Shown: positions 1-12,951 of the stretch, in pieces | Numbering within the stretch: the stretch's first letter is position 1 | Layout: the number at the start of each line of letters is the position of its first letter | Assembly (NCBI RefSeq): GCF_006345805.1 | Contig: NC_042999.1 | Span: 61,504,001-61,568,000, forward strand | Direction of reading: 5' to 3' | DNA length: 64,000 nt | From: Octopus sinensis | Lineage: Eukaryota | Notes under the pieces: model-generated | What the model was told of the DNA's origin: nothing | Seen by the model: only the letters and a program-made list of their open reading frames with translations | The model's database searches: none | Made by a program: the position numbers and the translations under genes

Positions 1-137
1 GTGCCTTTCATCCTTTCGGGGTCGATAAATTAAGTACCAGTTACACACTGGGGTCGATCTAATCGACTTAATCCGTTTGTCTGCCTTTGTTTGTCCTCTC
101 TGTGTTTAACCTCTTGTGGATAGTAAAGAAATAGGTA
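1..137 (+). mobile_element. 3' part of tRNA-derived SINE (family C; central motif GCCTTTCATCCTTTCGGGGTCGATAAATTAAGTACCAGTT), cut by the window edge
   Basis: Same central motif recurs, with substitutions, at 23.5-23.8, 31.2-31.9, 50.5-50.9, 51.7, 52.7, 59.9 and 60.9-61.5 kb. Ends in AGTAAAGAAATAGGTA, matching the multimer junction at 31.7 and 61.0 kb. Confidence 0.85.
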
Positions 138-1707
138 ACTAGTGAAGCTTATGATAAATCAAGCAATACATGCTTAAGATTGCTATCGGTCATTTCATTT
201 CATATGTATATGCTCCACATTTAATTTTTGAGACTGATTGGTAGGAAAGACTATTAAATGTTTATGATAACTAAAGAATGTGCTGGTGTAATGATCTTAT
301 AGTTCATCATTTAAACAGAGAAAATAACTAAACAGAAGTTTAAACAGAATTATGTTTGAAAATCTTGAACTGTGCTATTGACAAAAATATTCCAGATATC
401 CCCGTCCTGGCTTACATGTTTACATACACACACACATACACACACACCCACATATATATGCACACATTTGTATTTATACATACATATGTGTGGGTGTGTA
501 TTTTCACAAGCCTACATGCTCGTGTGAGTATGCGTGTGTTTGCGCACGTATTAGCTGTGCTTTGATGGCTGAGTGTTGTGTATGGTTTAGTAGATATGTT
601 GACGTATTGCGTCATTGTTGAGAGACTGCACATGTATCTTATGTCTATATATTATTTATGTGCGTGTGATTGACTGCGGACTCTATGTATGCGTTCATTG
701 TGAACACTTGGTGGAAGTGATGTGCGTCAGTTAGGCTGCAGACGGAAGGACTTGGACATTTATTCTAAGTCTTTCATTTCAGGGTTCAATTGCAGAGAGG
801 CAAGTTTGCCAATAATAATATTTATGGGTTTGATAAAATTAAGCATCTCTGAGAAGTAAATTGGAGGGGTTATTTTAGGGCGTGGACGAAATGATTTGGA
901 GTATCTACTCACCGTATTGCAGTCGGAGGACAGAAGCAGGTGTTACAGATTTATAAAAATGTGGCCGAACGTGATTTATAAAAACAAATTTCTGATGGAA
1001 GACAACGATAAACTGCATTCCTCACGAAAGGTTCACGACAAATACAAAGTATTTGTCATGTAGGTCGCTGTGAGTATGGCTCGATGATATATAACACGCC
1101 TTCGTTAATGCTCTTATGGGTCAATCCGCTCGCGAGCAGACAAAGAACTTTCACTTCACCGTTACTTTCGTCCCACCGGATAAGACACGATGGGACCGTG
1201 GAAGAACAGAGAGTCCCGTCAACATTCTGGCTACTAGTTATTAGGAGCCAAAATAAACTGGAGCAATATGACATCAAATATCATGATCAGAGAATCGAGA
1301 CTATGATTGTAAACCGAACATTCTTACCCTCTCCTAACGAATCTTACGTATAACGGAATGAGAGAAGTCGCTGCAAACCATTCGTCATATTTGTTTTCCG
1401 TATTCATAAATAACAATCAGCTCCTTTCATTGTAGAATGGAAGGAAGTAGATGCTGAGGAAAAGCTGGCGGAAAACAAGGGCAACTAGTCAAATTGTACG
1501 CCTGTAGAGAGAACATGGTGTGTGAGCCAAGGTCTAATTCAACAGAAATGTTGCAGGTTTATTTAACGAATGTAAATTTACTGACAATTAATTCTCACAA
1601 CTGTTGTCCGAGTATTTCAGCTAATATATAATTGCACATTTGTGTGTAAGCATAAACAAAAATATGTCATGCATATATAAATATACATGCCTACATATAT
1701 ATATTTT

Positions 1708-2800
1708 GCAGCCAATTGTGCCCTCTCTTGTGAGTCATCAATCAATCTCCAGCAGAGTTCTTCAAGGAACTGTACTTGGACCGTTACTCTTTGTAATGGC
1801 CCTGTCAGACATGTCCTCAGTCGTACATTCAGCCACTGTCACCAGCTACGTTGATGATACAAAAGTATATCAGGCTCACAAGAACCCTGATGTCATAGTA
1901 AAACTGCAAACGAAGGGCATGCACATACAAATGGACCGATGAAAATAAAATGTAGTTCAATAATGTTAAGTTTCAAGCACCCCCAATAGGCCCACAAACA
2001 GACTGCAATCGGAATACATAGGACCAAGGGGCAGTGCAATCGCAGAGTTAGAATTGGTACGTGACCTGAGAATCCACATGAGTAGTGATGCAACTTTCCA
2101 TATGCATATTGCCAGGAGGGCAACACTGTGCAAGATGGATCTTTAGATTATTCACAACTAGAAATAAGGATACTTTGCTACTCCAATAGAGGACAGCGGT
2201 CCTCCGTCGTCTTCATTGCTGCTTCAAACCGTGGTCGCCGCAGAGCGTTAACATGGTGGCGGAACTTAAGGCAATCCAGTGTCACAACACAAAGAAGATT
2301 GTCGCAGTGAAACAGATGAGCTACTGCGAGAGGCTCCAAGAACTGAAGCTCTATTCCCTGGAGAGAAGGCGAAAAAGGTATGCAGTGATATTCATATGGA
2401 AGACCCTGTACTGTCTACATCCCAACTTTGGAATTAAAAACTATACCAACAAACGAACTAAACAGTACTACATAATACCAAGCATATCGTCTTTTTGATC
2501 GCAGAACAGGACCCGGTATTACAAAAGCTTAGGTTTCAGGGGACATCAAATGTTTAACATCCGGCCAAGGAGCCTAAGAGAACCTAAGAGAACTGCTTGG
2601 TGTACATGTGGAAACGTTCAAAAGGCAACTGGTCAAATTTCTGTCTGGACTTCCAGATGAGCCCACACCACGGTAGGCGTCACAAAGAAGAGCAGCTTCA
2701 TCCAGCTAGCTTATTCAATAAAAACAGTATCGGAAGGAGACTCGGAATCACTGAAATGCGGTGCTCCAGCTTGGCCCCAACCTCTGACTGAACCCAGTAA
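1708..2800 (+). pseudogene. Decayed 5'-truncated CR1/L2-type non-LTR retrotransposon (RT C-terminal half and 3' tail)
   Basis: Translation gives SRVLQGTVLGPLLFVMALSDM...SYVDDTKV (RT motifs QG-VLGP and YxDD) and MSYCERLQELKLYSLERRRKRY (typical CR1/L2 C-terminus), with many stops and frameshifts. Confidence 0.85.
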
Positions 2801-2827
2801 TGTAAATTAAAAATAGAACTTTAAAAT

Positions 2828-2889
<62 letters not shown>

Positions 2890-2927
2890 TATATATACAT
2901 ACATACACACCCCACTATATATCTATG

Positions 2928-2962
<35 letters not shown>

Positions 2963-3021
2963 CATAGATATATAGTGGTGTGTGTATGTATGTATTATAT
3001 ATATATATATATAGGTGCGTG

Positions 3022-3060
<39 letters not shown>

Positions 3061-3171
3061 AATAGAAATGTTTCAAAAAGAAAATAGAAACTACACGTGG
3101 AAAAGATATGGGGAATGTAACAAGAAAAAAGGTGAAAATGCACATTGAATATTGAAAAAAAATGTATATAT

Positions 3172-3223
3172 ATTTTCACTTTAGAATATTTTTTAAATTT
3201 AAAAAATATTCTAAAGTGAAAAT
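3172..3223. repeat. Perfect 52-bp spacerless palindrome
   Basis: ATTTTCACTTTAGAATATTTTTTAAATTTAAAAAATATTCTAAAGTGAAAAT equals its own reverse complement. Confidence 0.9.
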
Positions 3224-3342
3224 GACTTTAAAAATTTAGTAAATATTTCTCAAAAGACCCGTACGTAACCTCCATGTGAAATCTTTTATTTTTCTTTCCG
3301 TTGGTCTTTTTCGAGTGCATTCAACGTATTCCACGTCCCAAA

Positions 3343-3453
3343 ATTTGGCTGCTATTTCTAGCATGCCCTGCCACCTCGTAACAGCTATTTGCAATTAAGG
3401 CCCCGAAATACCTGTTACATGGTAGCAGGGCGTGCAAGAAATAGCAGCCAAAT
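3343..3453. repeat. 111-bp hairpin (42-bp arms, 5 mismatches, 27-bp spacer) built from a dispersed TTTGGCTGCTATTTCTAGCA repeat
   Basis: Arms at 3343-3384 and 3412-3453; related single motifs near 37.1 kb and 41.05 kb. Confidence 0.7.
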
Positions 3454-3686
3454 CTTTCCTTTGTTTCTTGTGAAAAGAGCTGATTACACGTGATTTCGAA
3501 GTCACATTCGTTGAAAACACGAAATAATCTGGGAAAGAAAAAGATCCCACGAAACAAAATTCCTTTGATGGGAAACTCAGAGTTTTCCGGTGACCCAACA
3601 GGTACTCTATTATATATATATATACATACATACATACACACATACATACATATTTATACGTGTTTGTGTATGTGTGTGTGAATGTA

Positions 3687-3721
<35 letters not shown>

Positions 3722-3725
<4 letters not shown>

Positions 3726-3885
3726 GGAAAATTCACAAAAAAACAAAAGATGAAGACAGGTGGTGTAGACAATAAACAGATGTATTAGTATAACGCTGGG
3801 GAGGTGAAAAATGTCGTTAACGTTTCGAGCCTACGCTCTTCCACAGAAAGGAACACAGAAAGAAACAAGGAGGGGAAATAAAGAG
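3722..3885 (-). mobile_element. Dispersed repeat, probable PLE pseudo-LTR fragment with degenerate HHR-like core
   Basis: Minus strand reads CTGTGGA-A-GAGC-GTAG-GCTC-GAAA-CGTTAACG; about 80 bp is shared with 26085-26165; abuts (TA)n. The core deviates from CUGANGA and no helix I was found. Confidence 0.45.
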
Positions 3886-4698
3886 CGAATACATATGCAA
3901 GTGTGTGTGTGTGTTTTTTCACACGGATATACACGCATATATACAAACTTGAAATATATGTATGTTCCTATTTCAGCATGTTTATATACATTTTCGTTGT
4001 ACGTAAATATATATTTACCTACACACATACATTCGTACACTAACGCATACATCACTACATTCTCGCAAACATCCGTCCTTATTTACAGCCGTTTTGCGTG
4101 TTGTAGGTATATCTCAAACCTCCATTCTCTATCCTCACAAAATTATATTATTTGCACATTTAAAATTTAATCACTTGCTTCTCTGTTATTCTAATGGATC
4201 CTGTCATTGTAAGATAAGATATTTGCTTAATGGTATTTTCTGACATTGTTTTTCTTCTCACGAAAAACTGTCGTATGTTCAACAATACTTGTTTCTATAT
4301 CTTTATACTCAATCTTCTCCATCGTCGATATATTTTTTCCTAATTCATAATCTTGGTATCATTGTCGTTTATCTTGCATTTGTATAACGTTTATCTTTCC
4401 ATGTGGACCTATTATATTCTTATAGGGTTCGAAAATACAATTGTGAAATTCTTCATTTTCTTTATTCTATGTTATACATATATGCTGAGTATAACTCCCT
4501 AAACAATATTTTCTGATAAAGCCCAATACTCTTACACAGCAAAATAAGTGTCTCCCTTGACAAAGGCGCAAATGACATGCTTTTATAACGTGTGTGCGAG
4601 TGTATTTGTATTACTGTGAATATATATATACATACATGTATATATATGTATGTGTGTGTGCATGTGTCTGAGTATGCGTACATTTGTGTACGTATGTA

Positions 4699-5923
4699 CT
4701 CAGGCATGACAGAAGTAAGTAGACACCCCATAAAACGTCGTTTTAGGTTTGTTCTAACTTGTAAAGATTTATATTTTTATATTAATTGATATTTTTATGT
4801 TTCAGGTTCTATATGGGACTGTCTAATCATACCATGTATAAAAGAAGCCCTGGAACTGTTTGAATTTTAAAGAGGCCGTATTGTGGGTAGTTCTGAAGAT
4901 TGGCATAGTCAGCGTAAAACCGCAGAAAATCTTGGAATCCCGCTTTCTACACTTAATAGAGTGAATGTTCAATTCACCTGAAAGGGAATGGAGTGCACAT
5001 CACCTCAACCAGATCAACCAGGATCCTCTGAAAAAACCCTTCTGTTTGTTAAGAACAGTGTGGAAGATAATCCTTGTTGCAATGGCTCTGACATAGCAGA
5101 ACGAGTTGATGTCAGTCCCAGAACAGCTGTCAGGTATCTCCACAAACTTGGTTATTATGTCAGAGCAGCAAGATGGAAGACACGCCTTCGACGACCAACC
5201 AGCATCAAGTAGAGAAAAGATTGAACCAGTGAGATGGTGGAAAGTCACTATCATTTTGGGACACTGTCATATACTCTGATGAGTCCAGATTTGCTGTATT
5301 TCCTGACAGTGGCCGAGTGTGGGTCTGGAGACTGTGATCAAGAATTTGATGTGAAAAGATTGCAACCAACAATGAGACACGGAAGCTATTCTGTAATGGT
5401 CTAGGGAGCAATTTGGAGCAATGGTTGATCAGAGATGGTTGAGTGTGAGGGAAGCACAAACTCATATAAATATGTGTCTATATTGCAGAAAGGACTCCTT
5501 ACAATCTTCTCCAGTGGGGAAATGATTAAAGAACACTTTATTTAGGGAAGGCGGGGCTCTATGTCACTCGGCTAAGATAACTCAAGATTTGTTGGATGAC
5601 AATGGCATTAAAAAGCTTCCACGGCCAAGCCAGTCACCAGATATGGACCCAATTGTACACATCTGAGACATAATGGACATGGTGCTTTATAAAGTGAACA
5701 AGAAAGTATCTTCAAAGCCAGACCTTTTGAGATTACTGCAAGAAATTCCGCAAGAGAATATTCGTCATCCGATCAGTAACATGCCTAATTGAAAAATGCA
5801 AAGGGCACGTCTGTTAAATATTAAATGTTCGTATTATAACAATCAATAGATAATTTGAAGAATAATTTCAGATTTAAATTAATCTTAATGATTATAAGGC
5901 TATTTACGTCTGTCATGTCTGTG
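4699..5923 (+). mobile_element. Decayed Tc1-like (DD34E class) DNA transposon, about 1.2 kb
   Basis: Degenerate TIRs CTCAGGCATGACAGAAGTAAGTAG / revcomp CACAGACATGACAGACGTAAATAG, with TA on the left. Broken transposase: HTH region (RGRIVG...LGIPLST), YSDESRF, LQPTMRHG, PSQSPDMDPIVHI. Confidence 0.85.
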
Positions 5924-5945
5924 CATGTGCACACATATACATATA

Positions 5946-6137
5946 CGAGGCTGTACTGAGAGTTCTTGGCTTTAAGGCTATCGTAAAAGGCCTTCCTTTT
6001 TCGTGGCTTAGAAAAACTAAAGGGCTGCAACAATAAGTGTGGGAATCTGAGAGGGGAATATGCTACATAAAATCATTATTAACTGAGCTCCTGTATTTTC
6101 TTTTACTCCAAGCAAGGAACTTTTTAGCGCCCCTTCT
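5946..6137 (+). mobile_element. Internally deleted mariner derivative (MITE-sized)
   Basis: TA-CGAGG...AGTTCTTGGC start and GCAAGGAACTTTTTAGCGCCCCTTCT-TA end; interior retains GLEKLKGCNNKCGNLRGEY, resembling a mariner transposase C-terminus. Confidence 0.7.
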
Positions 6138-6630
6138 TATATATATATATACATATGTGTGTTCATGTGTGTGTGTGTGTGTGTTTGTCTGTGTGTGTGG
6201 TGGGGGATGAATGCCCCTGTGTGTGTCGGGGTTGGGCATGATTGCCTTCGAGTGTGTGTGTGTAGTGATGGTGCGTGCCTTGTAGTAAAGGTATTGTTCT
6301 CACGTTCGATTCTTGAGTAAAACACTTCGTTTCGTGTGGTTCTATGATCATTTTGAAATTTTTTCTCTGACGCTCCACGCATCTCTACAGGAAATATAGA
6401 TTTGACAAAAGGAGTGAACTAATGTACGTCACAAATACTTGATCACTATAAGCAAATCATTTGTGCAGATTGTTTATGAAGAAACTGCGGAACCCACATT
6501 CTTCTTCCTTAAAAAGAGAGTCCATTATATGCATCTATACACAGGTTCACTCGCATGCGCGCACACGTGCACTGACACATTCATACACAGTTTTTCTCTG
6601 TATCTCACACACACGCACATACATACCTAT

Positions 6631-6665
<35 letters not shown>

Positions 6666-6679
6666 ACATAGATATAAGA

Positions 6680-6896
6680 GGGATGACCACTAAGTGGACA
6701 TCCATTATGCTAGAAGTAGATCCTGTATGGTCTTACCACTAAGAAAGGATTGTTCTGAAGAAAATTCAGTAAACGCCGGAACGTGAGCGAGCAAGACAAA
6801 TGATACGATACAAAATATAAAGATATATTATGCCAGAAGTAGACCACATAGGAGGTCTACCTCTAACGTAATGGATGTCCACTTAGTGGTCATCCC
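6680..6896. mobile_element. 217-bp fold-back element with 41-bp or longer inverted ends (MITE-like or inverted pLTR pair)
   Basis: GGGATGACCACTAAGTGGACATCCATTA (28 bp) is perfectly inverted at both ends; 38/41 identity over 41 bp; TA-rich flanks. A solo related end lies at 34021-34055 next to (TA)n. Confidence 0.75.
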
Positions 6897-7097
6897 ACAT
6901 ATAAGTATGTAATATAACTTTTCTGAATCTTCAAACTTTTCAATATGCTAGACCATTGGTTTTAAATTGATATTAATCAAATTAATATTCAATTTCTCAC
7001 CCTTATTATTTGAAATTTAAATTATAACGAAAGAGATGACGAGCAATTTCTTCGCAAGTTTCAATCTGCATGCAAAGCGATTTCATGTCTGCCTTGC

Positions 7098-7352
7098 GCA
7101 GAGGTGCGTGGCTTATCGGTCAGGGTGTTGGACTGATGGTGGTAAGATTGTGGTTTCGCTTCCTGGACCAAGCTACGGTTCATGTTCTTGAGCAACGCAA
7201 TACATTTCACGCTGCTGCAGTTCGCTCTGCTGACAAAAATGAGTAATTCTGCGACGGGCTGGTGTTCCAGTAAGGTGTGGATAATACACCATGAAATCAG
7301 GAAAGCGGCCTTATGAGTCGATATAAATCGAAAAGGTAACTTCACCTTTACC
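7098..7352 (+). mobile_element. tRNA-headed SINE with CORE-like central domain (family B), 14-bp TSD
   Basis: Perfect flanking duplication CATGTCTGCCTTGC at 7084-7097 and 7353-7366; A/B-box-like head; TTCTTGAGCAA...TTTCACG domain. Confidence 0.85.
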
Positions 7353-7739
7353 CATGTCTGCCTTGCAAAAATTTTAGAAACGAACATGAATGCGCTGCCG
7401 TGGCTAATTCGGCATACAGTAGGTCTTTGCGCTCCATATCTGACACTTAGTGTACATGGTTGATTCGGTGGAGTCCTCACTACTGCAGTAGGACAAATAA
7501 ACTAACCAAGTCGTTGTTGATGACTCGGTCAGTATATTCAATAATCAGAAACCTTTCCGGGTGGCACAAGTAGAACACAAGAGGCCGTCCTGGTCTGAAG
7601 TTGGCGCACCAGTTCTCCTATAAAGCAGTATCTTAAATGCTGCGATGTATCATTGATACAAAGAAGCTCCTTCCTTACCAGAAAAACTGAAATAATAGAA
7701 AAGAACATACGCGTTTACACACACAAGTGTATACATACA

Positions 7740-7758
7740 TAAACACACACACACACAC

Positions 7759-7807
<49 letters not shown>

Positions 7808-7850
7808 CTATCTATCTATCTATCTCCTCTCTCTCTCTCCTCTCTCTCTC

Positions 7851-7905
<55 letters not shown>

Positions 7906-7927
7906 ATATAGATATATATATATATAT

Positions 7928-7990
<63 letters not shown>

Positions 7991-8277
7991 TCAATTACTC
8001 TTAATATAAATATTATATATGTGTGCGTATGTGTGCGTGTATGTGCGTGTATCTACTTATATATAAAGCACTTCTATGTATACACACACCCATAAATGCA
8101 CACACCTACATGTACATATAAAGGTATGAATATATCTATGGTAAGACACATATATATATGTGTGTGCGGGCGTGTGAGTATGTGCATGTGTGTGTGACTG
8201 TACAATATATATAGAAATACATATACTTGTATGTGTATATATAACATATACACATACATATATATATATATGTATCC

Positions 8278-8352
<75 letters not shown>

Positions 8353-8679
8353 CAATATATATATATATGTATATATGTATATATACAAGTATATAATATA
8401 TATATAAGTATATGCATATACATATACACAAGTATATATATGTTCGTACGTATATGTATATATGTATATGTATGTGTGCATGTATGTGTGTATGCATGTA
8501 TGTATGTATTTATGTACGTACGTATGTATATATGTATGTACGAATATATGTATGTACGTATGTATGTAAGTATGTATGTATGTATGTATGTATGTATGTA
8601 TGTATGTATGTATGTATGTATGAATATATGTATGTATGTAAGTATGTATGTTTGTATGTATGGACGTAAGTATGTATGA

Positions 8680-8711
<32 letters not shown>

Positions 8712-8878
8712 TTGCATGTATGTATGTACGTACGTGTGTATGTATGAATATATGTATGTCTGTATGTATGTATGCATGTATGTAAACCCACATGCATATT
8801 TACACGTGAATACGAATGTGTGGAAAGAGATTAGAGAAATCTTTCCCATGCATATTATGAATAAAAGTTGTTCTGCGG

Positions 8879-8950
<72 letters not shown>
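7740..8950. repeat. Compound microsatellite block: (CA)n, (TCTA)n, (TA)n, (TAGA)n, (TATG)n, (GA)n
   Basis: Directly visible; source of the YIYI/HTYI/CMYV ORFs. Confidence 0.95.
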
Positions 8951-8951
<1 letters not shown>

Positions 8952-9719
8952 CAGTGAATGTATTAAATAACAATTCGTGAAAACTGGGAAATAAATCCAT
9001 GCAAGAGTGTGGAACAATATATTATATCAGCTGCCAATCAGCCATTGCAAATAACTGTATAAATAGATGGAGAAGCAAGGAAACGTAATGCGCCGAACTA
9101 GGCGATCTGTCACAACTTTGACAAGTTCAGAATTTGCCGGCACTTGCATTTCTAAAGCCATAATATATCGATTTAACCTTAACTGTGTAGTCGTATTTAA
9201 AATATTTATTGCATTAAACCAGTCACTGTCATCTCTCTCTCACTCGCACCATCACACCATCAAACATAAATATGAATATATGGATATGCTCATGTATATG
9301 CTCATGTATATGTGTTTGTCTGTATTTGTATGTGTGTGTGTGAGTGTGTGGTATTACGTCTTGCTTATATTTATATTTACACGTTAAATATATGTACATA
9401 TCTAGTACGGCACTATGTAGAGTACAAGAAGTACCGCATACAGACACGCCCATTCTTATAAACACATACAAGGAAACAACTATATGTATATGTGTATATT
9501 TGTGAACAAGGATATATATGTAAATATTGCGTCTGAATATATGTGTTCGGGCTTAAGTGTAAGAAGGTGTATCTTCTCTCAGTGATATGAGGGCAACATT
9601 ATTAGATCCTCTCATTCAGTCATTCGCCAATAACGAACCACACAAAGCGATACTCTAAATTCTAAATTCTCTCTTTCACTCTCTCTCTCTCTCTATCTCC
9701 TCAATGCATATTCATACCC

Positions 9720-10198
<479 letters not shown>

Positions 10199-11013
10199 AT
10201 GAACGTTGTTCTTTCTGTCATTATCTCACTTCACAATACAACACTTGCGGTAAGGAGAACACAAAAGGAAAGCCATCAAAATGAAGCAAGGAATGGGCAA
10301 GGAAGAAAGTTCTTCCTTGTGCAAAGAGAACTTCACAGAAACTTGCTGATGACCTCGTCTAGTATAAGTGTGCCTTATAAAAATTGAATTGTTCCCCGAG
10401 AAATATAAATAAAAATATAAGGTTGAAATAGTGACTGGGGGGTACACGGAGCAAACTCCAAACGAATATACTGTGATAAAGTAGAATATAAGTATTGCTG
10501 AAACGAAAGTTTAAAACATGGTTTAAAATTTCGCTGAAATCAAAGTAGATCGTATTTCTGACCTAGTTATGATGTTAAAGAAATATTAAAGAAACAGAAG
10601 GAATTGAAGAGGACAAACTTAAATTCAAAATAATGACTAAAGCTTTACTGAAAGGAATGGTTCGATCTGTGATAAAAATAAATGGTTTCCAAAAATACAT
10701 GTTGAGAGGAAGTAGGACACTCAATTTATCAAGGAGACAGCCTTTATTCTAACCTAATATTCCGAAAGAAACTTTGCAACACAGACTAAATGCTATTTGA
10801 ATTCTTTAGTACAGTTCTCAAATCTTAATTATTATCTAGAAGACATGGTCTTATTTTTGGTCTTAAACAGGTGAATATACACTACCAGCAAAGTAGATTT
10901 GCGCCTAGTGATTTAGAAAGATCTGACAAAGGTCAAGTAACTGGGTATGGACTTTTGCATATACTCAATTACTTGTGTATACATACAAGCACATACACAC
11001 ACACGCACACACA

Positions 11014-11047
<34 letters not shown>

Positions 11048-11086
11048 ACACACACACACACACACACCACACACACACACACATAT

Positions 11087-11155
<69 letters not shown>

Positions 11156-11157
11156 AA

Positions 11158-11241
11158 TAACAATAGGGTAATAAGAAATTATTATTACCAATGGCCTAGC
11201 ACAAAAACGAATTTGTCATTAGACTATATATTATTCACATA
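11158..11241 (-). mobile_element. 84-bp copy of the 3' terminal tail of the 39017-39635 HHR element
   Basis: Reverse complement aligns to 39545-39635 at about 77/84 plus one 8-bp indel; both end in TGTTA next to (TA)n. Confidence 0.8.
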
Positions 11242-11372
11242 GAATAATATATATTTATAATAATATTATTGGTAAAAACGGTAAGATAACAAAAGAAAGA
11301 AAGAGACCTCAATATTATGTAAATAGAGGAAATTTATCGATAAAATAATATGTTACAATTACTCAATAGTCA

Positions 11373-11435
11373 AGATAAAACTCTGAGTTTCAGATGTCGA
11401 AGTGGAAATCCACAACACCATCTCTTCGGTTATCT
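11373..11435 (-). ncRNA. Type-I hammerhead-like fold, CCGAAGA core variant (PLE pLTR copy)
   Basis: Helix I AGATAA/TTATCT, core CCGAAGA, helix II GATG/CATC with extension, GAAA, helix III ACTC-A-GAGT, putative GUU site. Confidence 0.55.
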
Positions 11436-12199
11436 GGCCATCTGAAAAAACTGTGTTATAATTCTGCTACTTATATAAAGTAAGATAAAAATTTCATAGT
11501 AAACACGTAAACATGGCTAGTCATATGCTCACTTGTGCGCTCGCGGATCCACATGCATACTTATACGTCACTATGAAAATGTACACATCTTCACTCGCAT
11601 TTTTCGCCAAATATATACGCATATATATATATACAAACTCATGCACACACACATGCGTACCGTAAAAGTCCATACAAACGTCTACATACACACAAGCACA
11701 AGAAAAACCATGGTTAAAGGTAACAGAAAAAAAACATAAGGAAGTGTACAAAGCATAAAAACCACGTTCATATACGGACATGCCCTTATGCACTCATACG
11801 CACACACGCCCATATATGTACATACCCGCACATGTTTATATACGCATACACACACACGCATATACAAAAAATGAATATACATATGCCCCCCCCCCCACCA
11901 AAAAAATCTTAAAAAATGGAAAAATACTAAGTAAAAACGTCTATATATATATGCATTCTTATGTCCGCACACACGCACACATCTAAAACTGCCCACTTAT
12001 ACATATTCTCACACGTGTACAAATGAATCTATATACACGTCTATATAGGCACAGGAAAAATGCAGGATAGAAAAGTAGAGAAAAAATTATTATGTGTGAA
12101 AAAATAAAAATATATGAAATAATAAAAGGTATAATGAGATAAAAAACTTCTTGGGACATAATATATAAAGCAAGTTCTATCTGTTTTCTTTAGGGGACC

Positions 12200-12870
12200 A
12201 AAAACGTAACAAACATTTTGTCACATATGGGCATGATCCGAAAAGTTCTGTCCTTGAGTTTAGACATGTAGTAGGGTCTAAGCTGCTTTTCCAGATAAGC
12301 TATCTCTCCATGTCGCATAGACCACACTTTCCGCTGCCGTTGGTGTAAGGCTTACATTTGGCCAAAATCTTCCAATGGATGTTATAATCGACACCTTTAT
12401 CTTTTAAAGACCAAATATGATTAGATAATTTTGTCGCTTTTCTTTTGTTCCAGTGCCTAAAACTGAAGATGTGGTTATTGAACCTGGCCTTGAAATTACC
12501 CTCTGTAAGGCTCACGTATTTCTTCGTCGAAACGGTGTCTTTAGTGGTTATAGAGTCCACGGTAGCTTCATAGATGATGGTCCCGGACATGCAAGCTCCA
12601 TTTAGCGGGCACAATTTTTTTATTCCTGCATGAACAGTTGTTTTCTTGTGGTTTTTGTGTGTTATGTTTGATTATATTTTTTTAAATTGGTAGTTGAACT
12701 AAAACAAATTTTTAAATTGTGTTTATTGAAGAGTTTCCTGTAAGTATGGTTAACTGGAAAATGTCTATCTATCAGTGTTAAGAAATATTTACCTATATTG
12801 AAGGTCACGTCGGGCGAGTAAGGGGGTGTAAACCAGATGATCTTCCTATTTCTATTTTTCCTCTTCTTTA
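12200..12870 (-). pseudogene. PLE ORF C-terminus: linker and GIY-YIG endonuclease (Naiad-like by inference), frameshifted
   Basis: RKIIWFTPPYS...NIGKYFL..IDRHFP; NCSCRNKK/LCPLNGAC (frameshift in an A7 run); IIYEATV; YVSLTEGNFKARFNNH; LSNHIW; CGLCDMER* then LNSRTELFGSC. Confidence 0.85.
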
Positions 12871-12888
12871 CTGTTTTTTCAGATGGCC

Positions 12889-12951
12889 AGATAACCGAAG
12901 AGATGGTGTTGTGGATTTCCACTTCGGCATCTGAAACTCAGAGTTTTATCT
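12889..12951 (+). ncRNA. Type-I hammerhead-like fold, CCGAAGA core variant (inverted pLTR copy)
   Basis: AGATAA-CCGAAGA-GATG...CATC-T-GAAA-CTCAGAG-TT-TTATCT. Confidence 0.55.

Noticed and set aside
1084-1353. 89-aa ORF in non-repetitive sequence
   Set aside because: No recognisable motif or splice context; only a vague resemblance to LINE ORF1.
7727-9017. Long ORFs rich in YIYI/HTYI/CMYV (and similar ORFs throughout the window)
   Set aside because: Translations of (TA)n, (CA)n and (TATG)n repeats, which lack stops in some frames; not genes.
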